From NCBI GenBank assembly GCA_044869275.1, contig JBIOXB010000035.1:1-12461 (forward strand): 12,461 nt of DNA, in the 5' to 3' direction. A program made the position numbers and the translations under genes. The notes under the pieces were generated by a model. The model was not told where the DNA came from, searched no databases, and saw only the letters and a program-made list of their open reading frames with translations. Shown piece by piece: positions 1-7,225 of this stretch (its first letter is position 1; each line of letters starts with the position of its first letter). The stretch comes from a bacterium (GTDB lineage: Bacteria; Zhuqueibacterota; Zhuqueibacteria; Zhuqueibacterales; Zhuqueibacteraceae).

Positions 1-106
1 GCGGGAACTTGGTTGAATCGAGCACTGTGAAACAGAATCAAGTGGATGCAAGAATTATGGTAACAGTGCAGTACTGGGATCTTCAATCTGATTTGCGGCC
101 GCCGTC

Positions 107-1081
107 TCAAATCTGCAATTCCAGCCCTTCATATCCCATGACAATGCGAAGCGCGTCGGGCGATTTTGCCGGCCAGTTTTGTTGCAGCGTCTCCCGCTTG
201 AAAGCTTCGGTTCTCTCCAAAATGTCCGTCATCTTATCGTCGCTGTAAGCCGGGTCGTGATGTGTGAGCACCAAAGTGGAAACCTCCGCCAGCAGGGAGA
301 TATCCACCCCGATGAAAGAAGAACTGTGCCCCCAATCTACTTTTTGGAACACGTCCCTTAAAGTGTATTGCGCATCAAAAACCAGCACCTGCGCGTTGCG
401 ATAAAAATCGACGTAGGGCCGCAGGGATTCGGCGTCGAGCTTTTTGTACTCGGCATCGGTGGCAATCACGAGGCTTTTGTCTCCCTCAGCAATGCGGTAG
501 GCATAACTGATGCCGGGGTGATCCAACTTTTTACAGCTGATTTCGAAATCGTCAATCAGCAGCTTCTCCCCTTCCCGCATCTGGCGGAAACCGAAGCTCG
601 CGTGCATCTTTTCCCAGGGCACTGGAAAAGATTGGGGATGCGCCTGCCGCCGCAGGGCTTCTTCGAGATAGTCGTGCCCGCCGTAAAAATTGATGCGATT
701 GCCGGCGGTGTAAGCCGGCATGAAAAAGGGAAAGCCCATGACGTGATCCCAATGGCAGTGCGTGAGCAAAACGTGCAATTCCGCTTTGCCCTCGCCCGCC
801 GGGCCTTGCATCATTCCCTGGCCGAGCTTGCGCGCGCCGGTGCCCATGTCGACAATCACCCGGCTGCCGCTCGTGGAAAAGATCTCGAAACAGGTGGTGT
901 TGCCGCCGGTGGTGTGCGTGAGGGGAAAAGGCAGTTCGTCGATGAATTGTTGCAGCTCATCTTCATGCGCAAGAGCTCTGCCTCTTGTGCGGCGCAAGAC
1001 CTCCTTGATTTTCTCTTGCAGCAGCGTGCTCGACAAGGGATTGGGAATCGATCCCTGCACGCCCCAGAAGCGGATTTTCAT
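107..1081 (-). CDS. MBL-fold metallo-hydrolase (Lactamase_B_2/PhnP-like, 'FWGVxGSIP' subfamily), 324 aa
   Basis: N-terminal KIRFWGVQGSIPNP, GGNTTC, VDMGTG, metal motif THCHWDH, later HPG, TDAE, FDAQY, WGHS and THHDP motifs; starts 22 nt after the STAS stop. Confidence 0.9.
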   Translation of the reverse strand: MKIRFWGVQGSIPNPLSSTLLQEKIKEVLRRTRGRALAHEDELQQFIDELPFPLTHTTGGNTTCFEIFSTSGSRVIVDMGTGARKLGQGMMQGPAGEGKAELHVLLTHCHWDHVMGFPFFMPAYTAGNRINFYGGHDYLEEALRRQAHPQSFPVPWEKMHASFGFRQMREGEKLLIDDFEISCKKLDHPGISYAYRIAEGDKSLVIATDAEYKKLDAESLRPYVDFYRNAQVLVFDAQYTLRDVFQKVDWGHSSSFIGVDISLLAEVSTLVLTHHDPAYSDDKMTDILERTEAFKRETLQQNWPAKSPDALRIVMGYEGLELQI

Positions 1082-1103
1082 TTCCGGTTCCTATCTCAAG
1101 ACT

Positions 1104-1439
1104 TCATTGCAACTGACGCAGCGCCTCCTCCCGGCTGGGGAGAATCAGGAATTCGCTGGAAAGATCGACGATATCGAAAACGCGTTGGATGTTCTCGTTC
1201 ACGGCGCAAAAGACCATTTTGCCGGCGGTTTCTTCCAGGCGATTCGCGGCGAGATAAAAAATACGCAGGCCGGCGCTGCTGACGTATTCCAATTGTGCAC
1301 AATCCAGCACCAGCTTTGTATGTCCCGCCTCGATCAGCGCCAGCAATTTTTCCTCAAAGCTTTTTGCGCTGAAAGAATCCAGCTTGCCGTGCAGCGCGAG
1401 CACGGTGAGGCCTTTCTCTGTGGTAACGAGGCATTTCAT
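1104..1439 (-). CDS. STAS-domain anti-sigma factor antagonist (RsbV/SpoIIAA/BtrV-like), 111 aa
   Basis: Size and motifs GKLD, LVLDCAQLEYVSSAGLR (conserved phospho-acceptor Ser), VFDIVDL; directly follows an RsbW-like gene. Confidence 0.93.
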   Translation of the reverse strand: MKCLVTTEKGLTVLALHGKLDSFSAKSFEEKLLALIEAGHTKLVLDCAQLEYVSSAGLRIFYLAANRLEETAGKMVFCAVNENIQRVFDIVDLSSEFLILPSREEALRQLQ

Positions 1440-1479
1440 AAACGAAGTCCACGCACAATAACAAATGTCGAGCGGAATG

Positions 1480-1914
1480 CTAGGCCAGTTTTTTCTTCAG
1501 CGTCACGATGTTTTTTTGCCGGTAGCGCCGGTATTTGAATTCGTCCATCAATTCTTTCACCAAAAGCAGGCCGTGGCCGCCCCCGGCTTTGTCTCGTATT
1601 TTTTTTCCGCCGGCGGGGCCCATGTGTTCCAGAGGATTGAAGCGCGCAGCATCGTCTTCGATATGCAGCGTCAATGCACGCGCATCGAGCGCGAGGCGGA
1701 TGACGATCGCATGTCCGGCATTTTGCGGAGAAGCATATTTCAGCAAATTTGTGATGATTTCTTCCAAGGCCAAGCGGGCACAATACCACACCGGCGCCGG
1801 CATGGCGTGCGCCGCGCTGAAATCATCGACGCGGCGCAACAGCCGGCGTAATTCCGTGCGGCGGCCGGAGATCACGAGAGACTCGTGTATGTTTGTTTTG
1901 CGAGAGACGGACAT
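1480..1914 (-). CDS. RsbW/SpoIIAB-like anti-sigma factor Ser kinase (HATPase_c_2), 144 aa
   Basis: N-box LALEEIITNLLKYA, IEDD..FNPL, G2 box GGHGLLLVKELMD, terminal N-x-V-x-L; lies between PP2C and STAS genes. Confidence 0.9.
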   Translation of the reverse strand: MSVSRKTNIHESLVISGRRTELRRLLRRVDDFSAAHAMPAPVWYCARLALEEIITNLLKYASPQNAGHAIVIRLALDARALTLHIEDDAARFNPLEHMGPAGGKKIRDKAGGGHGLLLVKELMDEFKYRRYRQKNIVTLKKKLA

Positions 1915-1927
1915 GGCGCCGCACCGT

Positions 1928-3754
1928 TTACGCGGCGCGATACTTCACCGCGAGCACGGCGATGTCGTCGTGCTGCGGCGTGGCGCCGGAAAATTTTTTT
2001 GTTTCAACCAGAATTTGTTCCGTCATTTGCGCGAGCGGAGCGTTCTGGTGTTGCTTTAGAAATCCCGCCAAGCGCGCGTCCGAATAGAGCTGGCCCTCCC
2101 CGTTCATCGCCTCGATGACGCCGTCGGTGTAAAAAAACAACCCCTCGCCGGGACGCATGGCCAGACGTGTCGTCTGATAACGCGTTGCCGGCTTCACCCC
2201 GAGCGGCGCGCTGTGCCGATGTTGCAAAGGCAGAACGCCGTGTTCCGCCGAGAGGAAAAACGGCGGATGGTGCCCGCCACTGCTGTATTGCAGCTCGCCG
2301 TTTTTCGTATTCAGCACGCCGAAAAAAATCGTCACGAACAGAAACAGATCGTTATCCCGGCACAATTCGCGATTGACTAGCTGCAAGACCTCATGCGGCT
2401 GCAAATGATCCGCGGCATTGCCGGGCGCGAGCAGGGCGACGGCGCGCAGCAATGTTTTGCTCAAGACCATAAACAACGCCGCCGGCAGGCTCTTGTCGGA
2501 AACATCGCCAATGACCAGGCCGGCGCGATCGGCGTCCAGCATGAAAAAATCGTAAAAATCGCCGCCCACCTCTTCGGCCGGTGCGATCGCGGCCGCAATC
2601 TCCAAAGCTTTGCCATTGGTTAATTCCGGCGTGAGATGAGGCAGCATGCTCATTTGAATGTGCCGCGCGATGCGCAGCTCGCTTTGAATTTTTTCATTGG
2701 CACGCGTGGTTTCCGCCAGGTCGCGCAAATGGATTTGCAACTGCCGCTCCATTTGCAGAAACGAATCGGCCAGCGCGCCGATCTCATCGTGCGTGCGCGC
2801 GGCCAGGCGTGCGAGCGTCTCCTCGCCCTGGGGTATGAAATGATTTGATGACAGTTGCCGCGCATGGTGGATGAGGTGATGCAAGGGTTGCGTCATTTTG
2901 TTGGCGACGGCTGCCAATAAAACGGCAAAGGTGAGGAACAGCGCACCCACAATCGCCAAAATCAAGCCGGTGAGCTTGTTCAAGTCGCGCTGCAAGAACG
3001 CCACGGGAAAGAGCACGGCATACTGCAGGCGGCGGCTGCCGTATTCCCGGCTGCGCGCCTGCCCTTTGTACTCCTCGCTCTGCAGGATTAAATCACTCAT
3101 CTTTTTTTTCGCCGGCGCCGCCAATGCGTCAGGCAGATCGGAGAGCACCGGCTCGCCGTCGACCCACAGGGCAAAATTCTTCAGCCCCTTTTCATGCAGA
3201 TAAGACGCAACCCTGCGGTCGTTCAAATGCAGCCCGCCGGCCAGGTAGCCCAGCACCTCACCGCTTTTTTTCACCGGGGTCATGTACGTCAAATAATACG
3301 CGCTGTCGCTGGCGCTGATTTGAAACCGGTCGAGCATGGAAAAATCCAGCGCGAGATTTTTGCTTTTGAACCTGGAGGCAGCCCGCAATTGCCGGTCGAG
3401 ATCGAAAAGCGCGAGCCAGTCCACGCCCAAAATCTTTCTTTGCGCGGTGATTTTCCTTCGCATCAACGAATCGGCGGCCGGTCGGTAGGATTCATCCAAA
3501 TGCAAACGCGTCTCGATTTCCTTGTCGTCGGCCAGGCGATCCAAACTGTTCGCCAGCTCTTCTTCCCACCGGGCCAGCAGCAACTCGATGGTCTCCAGCG
3601 CGACTTGCAGCTCGCCCTTGAAAGAAGCATAAACACGCTGTTGCAGAATGTTGCCCAAGATCATCCCAGCCGCCAACAGAGGAAGCAGAATCGCGATGGT
3701 GACCAGCAGCAGAAGTTTGGCCTTGAATGAGGAAAAAAACCGCCGCACGCTCAT
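1928..3754 (-). CDS. Membrane-bound SpoIIE/RsbU-family PP2C phosphatase with extracytoplasmic domain and HAMP linker, 608 aa (an alternative GTG start at 3748 is better spaced from the GAGGT)
   Basis: Two hydrophobic segments (LLLLVTIAILLPLLAAGMIL; LILAIVGALFLTFAVLLAAVA), HAMP (MTQPL..DEIGALADSF), ELRIARHIQMSMLP, VGGDFYDFF, IGDVSDK, YTDGVIEA, QHDDIAVL. Confidence 0.93.
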   Translation of the reverse strand: MSVRRFFSSFKAKLLLLVTIAILLPLLAAGMILGNILQQRVYASFKGELQVALETIELLLARWEEELANSLDRLADDKEIETRLHLDESYRPAADSLMRRKITAQRKILGVDWLALFDLDRQLRAASRFKSKNLALDFSMLDRFQISASDSAYYLTYMTPVKKSGEVLGYLAGGLHLNDRRVASYLHEKGLKNFALWVDGEPVLSDLPDALAAPAKKKMSDLILQSEEYKGQARSREYGSRRLQYAVLFPVAFLQRDLNKLTGLILAIVGALFLTFAVLLAAVANKMTQPLHHLIHHARQLSSNHFIPQGEETLARLAARTHDEIGALADSFLQMERQLQIHLRDLAETTRANEKIQSELRIARHIQMSMLPHLTPELTNGKALEIAAAIAPAEEVGGDFYDFFMLDADRAGLVIGDVSDKSLPAALFMVLSKTLLRAVALLAPGNAADHLQPHEVLQLVNRELCRDNDLFLFVTIFFGVLNTKNGELQYSSGGHHPPFFLSAEHGVLPLQHRHSAPLGVKPATRYQTTRLAMRPGEGLFFYTDGVIEAMNGEGQLYSDARLAGFLKQHQNAPLAQMTEQILVETKKFSGATPQHDDIAVLAVKYRAA

Positions 3755-3836
3755 ACCTCAAGTTATTGCTTGCCAGCCAGCGATGCAAGTGGAATTTATC
3801 GGGCCACCCATTCTGGTGCGGCGAACCATGCGGATT

Positions 3837-3870
3837 GAAAATAAAAAAGCCCCCAGCTTGCGCCAGGGGC
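3837..3870 (-). terminator. Intrinsic terminator after the response regulator
   Basis: Minus strand GCCCCTGGC-GCAA-GCTGGGGGC (9 bp with two G-U pairs, GNRA loop) followed by TTTTTTATTTTC, 25 nt after the stop. Confidence 0.85.
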
Positions 3871-3895
3871 CCGGAGGGAGGAAAAAAATGAGGTA

Positions 3896-4579
3896 TTAGA
3901 GGAAACGATAACCTGTGCCGTGAATCGTTTCGATATATTGAGAAGGATACTTATATTCGCCAAGCTTCTCCCTGAGCCTCTTGATGTGCACGTCCACGGT
4001 GCGGTTGGTGACATATACTTTCTTGCCCCAAACGCGCTCGAGGATTTCCTTGCGGCTAAACACATTATTCCTGCGCGAGGCCAGCAGGTAGAGAAGCTTG
4101 AACTGGATGTATGTTAAATCGATCGGCTTGCCCGCTTTTTTCACACGGTGCTCGTCCAGATCGATTTCTATATCCTTCACGCAAATCTTTTTTGAATCCG
4201 AGGTCGTCATGCGGCGGCCGATGGCTTTGATGCGGGCGGCCATTTCGCGCGCACCCACCGGCTTGGTGATCACATCGTCCGCGCCGCTTTCCAGCGCCTT
4301 CACTCGTAGATTTTCATCATCGCTGGAAGATACCAATATCAAAGCCGTTTTGCGGAGAGCAAGATCATCTTTTATGTCCATGCACATGGACCACACCCGG
4401 TCACCAAACTCGTCCAGATCGATGATGATGACCGCCGGTTTGTCCTGCAGCGCCACTTCCTGCAGGCTGTCGAGATTGTCCTGACTGTAAAGCGAATATC
4501 CTTCGCTTTCTAAAAGATGCTCCAGTTGGAGAGAAATTAAGTTGCCGTTGCCGTAGTGCTGAATGATGCTTTTGTCCAT
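3896..4579 (-). CDS. OmpR/PhoB-family response regulator with atypical receiver domain, 227 aa (start corrected from 4786 to 4579)
   Basis: GGAGGA Shine-Dalgarno just upstream of the ATG at 4579; receiver elements VIIID, LILVSS, GADDVITKP; winged helix LTYIQFKLL..VFSRKEILERVWG..RTVDVHIKRLREKL..IETIHGTGYRF. Confidence 0.92.
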   Translation of the reverse strand: MDKSIIQHYGNGNLISLQLEHLLESEGYSLYSQDNLDSLQEVALQDKPAVIIIDLDEFGDRVWSMCMDIKDDLALRKTALILVSSSDDENLRVKALESGADDVITKPVGAREMAARIKAIGRRMTTSDSKKICVKDIEIDLDEHRVKKAGKPIDLTYIQFKLLYLLASRRNNVFSRKEILERVWGKKVYVTNRTVDVHIKRLREKLGEYKYPSQYIETIHGTGYRFL

Positions 4580-4602
4580 TAATTCCTCCGGGGGAGATTG
4601 AA

Positions 4603-4645
4603 CGTCCTGTACATTTACCCGCTGGGATGTTTGATTCGTCCTGTA
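4603..4645 (-). promoter_or_regulatory. Two exact 9-nt direct repeats TACAGGACG in the 5' leader; putative CsrA/RsmA sites
   Basis: Plus-strand CGTCCTGTA at 4603-4611 and 4637-4645; as mRNA they contain CAGGACG, matching the CsrB-type repeat CAGGA(U/A/C)G. The repeat is certain, the function is inferred. Confidence 0.55.
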
Positions 4646-4661
4646 AAACATTTGGTTTATT

Positions 4662-4678
4662 AGCAAGCCATATGCCAA
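4662..4678 (-). promoter_or_regulatory. Sigma54 (RpoN) -24/-12 promoter for the response regulator
   Basis: Minus strand TTGGCATATGGCTTGCT: GG-N10-GC with TGGCA and TTGCT; correct orientation, about 80 nt upstream of the ATG, with an AT-rich non-coding region further upstream. Confidence 0.8.
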
Positions 4679-4950
4679 GAACGCCTTGTGACTTTTCATA
4701 TTTATATTTTTAAAGTTCGACGCAAAAATGCTCAAAATTTTAAAGGAATTACAGCATCTAAATCTTGATCCAAGCGCTAGCTTCATAGTGGCAACAGGGC
4801 CTCCAACCTACTACCGGTGGTAAAATCTGCGAACAATTATCAGCCAGATGGCGAAAATTGTCCAATTTGAAATATTTTGAGAGGATAAGCCGTTAAATTA
4901 CTGTATCAAGTCGGACATTCAACTTCAAAATCGTGTTTGGCTTCCCCGTC

Positions 4951-4986
4951 AAATAAAAAAAGCCCATTCTGCGCTTGGAATGAGCT
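4951..4986 (-). terminator. Intrinsic terminator of the cutA-tonB-exbBD operon
   Basis: Minus strand GCTCATTC-CAAGCGCA-GAATGGGC followed by TTTTTTTATTT. Confidence 0.8.
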
Positions 4987-5073
4987 CAAACTGACACAAT
5001 CAGATACATCTGTCACAAGTCAGCCAGGGTCAAAACCGACTGATGAGAAGCTCTTGAGCAGTATTGCCTGAGA

Positions 5074-5511
5074 TTAGTTTCCGCTCTCTGGAGCTGTTGC
5101 GATCATGAGTTTCTTTACACCCGCTTGCCGTGCTGCGTCCATGGCCTTGACGACTTGGCCGTGCTGCACCTTTCGGTCGGCAAACAAGCTCAGCGCACCA
5201 TCGGTCATCTTCGGCACCACCGCTTTCAAAGATTCGCTGAGATCTTCAAAAGACACCTGCTGATCATTCAACCGCAGCACGCCATCTTCGGCGATAAACA
5301 ACGTATAGGCTTGCGTTTCTTTGGAGTCCGCAGTTCGAGAAGCTGGTAGCTCCAGCTTCATGCTTTGTTGGTCGAGAAACGTGGTGCTGATGACGAAGAA
5401 CAGTAACAGCATGAAAATGACGTCGATCAACGAAGTGATATTGATGAACACGCGTCGCCCGGATTTTGTGCGCGCGGAAAACAGGGTGCGGCTGGAATCA
5501 TGAAATTGCAT
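5074..5511 (-). CDS. exbD: Biopolymer transporter ExbD/TolR family, 145 aa
   Basis: INITSLIDVIFMLLLFF transmembrane segment with the conserved Asp, LELP, ADRKVQHGQVVKAMDAARQAG; start overlaps the exbB end by 14 nt. Confidence 0.93.
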   Translation of the reverse strand: MQFHDSSRTLFSARTKSGRRVFINITSLIDVIFMLLLFFVISTTFLDQQSMKLELPASRTADSKETQAYTLFIAEDGVLRLNDQQVSFEDLSESLKAVVPKMTDGALSLFADRKVQHGQVVKAMDAARQAGVKKLMIATAPESGN

Positions 5512-6145
5512 AGTCTTTTTCAGAAAAGTTGTTTTGAAAACCGCGAATTTTCATCAGCAGCGTGGTGGTATGCTTCTCGATGTCCATGACGAAATTCTCG
5601 GCGCGATTGGTGAGATAATTGTACGCCACCAGCGCTGGAATCGCAACGGCCAGGCCCGCGATGGTGGTGATCAAAGCCTCTCCGATACCGGCCGAGAGCA
5701 TTTTTGCCTGGCCCACACCGATTTCGCTAATGACGCCGAAAATTTTGAAAATGCCGATCACCGTGCCGAACAGTCCAAGCAAAGGCGTGATTGCGGCGAT
5801 GGTCTCCAGGGCCACCAGACCGCGCTCCAAGACACGAATTTCCTGCCGGCCTTGATCACCGATGATTTCTTTCAATTCTTCCGGCGGCAGGTGGCGGTGC
5901 TGTAGCGCGGTGCGAAAAATAATGGCGAGCGGGCCCTCGTGTTTTTCACAAACCGCCAGCACCAGGGAAACATCCTGGGGCGCACGAATGCTCTCCACCA
6001 CCGACACCAATTCAGGAATCAAGATGCGCTTGCGCCGCAATGCCATGCTTCTTTCCAGCACAATCGCCAAACCGAGCAGGGAGCACACACCGAGCGGAAT
6101 CATGGTAATGCCCCCAGCTTGCAGGAATGCCCAGATTTGTTGCAT
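5498..6145 (-). CDS. exbB: MotA/TolQ/ExbB proton channel protein, 215 aa
   Basis: GGITMIPL..IVLER, LETIAAITPLLGLFGTVIG, GIGEALITTIAGLAVAIPA. Confidence 0.93.
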   Translation of the reverse strand: MQQIWAFLQAGGITMIPLGVCSLLGLAIVLERSMALRRKRILIPELVSVVESIRAPQDVSLVLAVCEKHEGPLAIIFRTALQHRHLPPEELKEIIGDQGRQEIRVLERGLVALETIAAITPLLGLFGTVIGIFKIFGVISEIGVGQAKMLSAGIGEALITTIAGLAVAIPALVAYNYLTNRAENFVMDIEKHTTTLLMKIRGFQNNFSEKDYAIS

Positions 6146-6278
6146 AGAATTCTCTATTCCATTCTCTCGATGATCAGCTTCAGATCTAATAACTTTCAGG
6201 TTACGCCGGGCATGGTCTCGCGATCGCTATAAAACGCAGTGCCGACGCCCTGGGCACGATCCTTTGTTGCTTATTCGA

Positions 6279-7190
6279 TCAAGGACGATCCGGCCGTATG
6301 ATGGTATAATCGAATTGCGCCGTGATTTCCAAAAATTCTTTGGGAAAATCATCCGGGAGCTTTTTCAGCGGAACTGAAACTTGCACCGCGCGCACGCTGG
6401 TTTGCATCAGGCTGATGTGACCATTGTATTCCAGGAGCTCGGGGCCCTCCAGGGTGCCGTCGCGGTGAATGCGAAAGCGCAGACGTGTCTGGCCGCTAAT
6501 CAAGCCCATGTGCGTGAACGCGGGAGGCGGATAAATGTTGCCTTGAATCCGATTCTTGAGCCAGCGCAAATAGGGTGCAAATTCCCAATCGTAGGTGTTG
6601 AGTGAAAAACTGCCAAGCTCGGGCGCACGGCTTTCGAGTTGTTCGCGGCCAGGCGAGGATTCCGGCGAGGCGGGCGTGCTGCCGGTCAAATACTCCCGCC
6701 GAAAGCTCGAGGTATTGAGGCTCGTGCGCTGGGACGAGGCCAAGGTTTGCGCCGGCTCATTCGTTTCTGCCGGCGCCGGGTCAGTTTTTTGGGCTGCAGT
6801 GGCAGAGGACGAGTTCCCATCCGAAGCTCGCGGAGAACCGGAAGGCGACTTTAATTGCGGCGGCATGTCGGCCTCCGCCAAGGCGCCGTTCGAGTAGGCT
6901 TCGCCCACCGGCAAATCTTGCGGCGCGTCGGGGTTTTGCGCCTGCGCATTCTTATCGGAGATGTATTTGGAATCAGAGTTCTGTTTTTCGATTCGTGCCG
7001 ATTCCGGCGTGTCTGCAAAAGTGAAGACGATGGGTGCTTTCTCTTGCTCCGCCTGGGCCTGGGCCGGCACCGGGCGGAACAGTTGCAGCAGATCCACGCT
7101 CAGTCCCAAAATAACGAAGCCCAGCACGTGCAATAGCAGAGAGAGGGCCAAGGCCCATTTCAAAGCGTTTTTTTTGATTTTCGCTAGCAT
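6279..7190 (-). CDS. tonB: TonB/TolA-like energy transducer, 303 aa (start corrected from 7316 to 7190)
   Basis: Basic N-terminus then a transmembrane anchor with S-x3-H (ALSLLLHV), long Ser/Pro/Ala-rich linker, TonB C-terminal-like domain YLRWLKNRIQGNIYPP..RFRIHRDG..PLKKLP; upstream of exbB/exbD. Confidence 0.8.
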   Translation of the reverse strand: MLAKIKKNALKWALALSLLLHVLGFVILGLSVDLLQLFRPVPAQAQAEQEKAPIVFTFADTPESARIEKQNSDSKYISDKNAQAQNPDAPQDLPVGEAYSNGALAEADMPPQLKSPSGSPRASDGNSSSATAAQKTDPAPAETNEPAQTLASSQRTSLNTSSFRREYLTGSTPASPESSPGREQLESRAPELGSFSLNTYDWEFAPYLRWLKNRIQGNIYPPPAFTHMGLISGQTRLRFRIHRDGTLEGPELLEYNGHISLMQTSVRAVQVSVPLKKLPDDFPKEFLEITAQFDYTIIRPDRP

Positions 7191-7225
7191 GCTGGAATTG
7201 GCAAAGGACCAGGGAACAAACACCG

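Noticed and set aside
1..248. Open plus-strand frame running in from the window edge
   Set aside because: Would overlap the MBL gene end by about 140 nt and has no recognisable motif; cannot be judged without flanking sequence.
368..1538. Long plus-strand ORFs 368..1282 and 762..1538, and the other antisense or nested ORFs in the track
   Set aside because: Shadows of well-supported genes in GC-rich coding sequence; no recognisable motifs.
4580..4786. 69-aa N-terminal extension of the response regulator in the ORF track
   Set aside because: The region holds the sigma54 promoter and SD for the ATG at 4579 and is AT-rich, non-coding-like.
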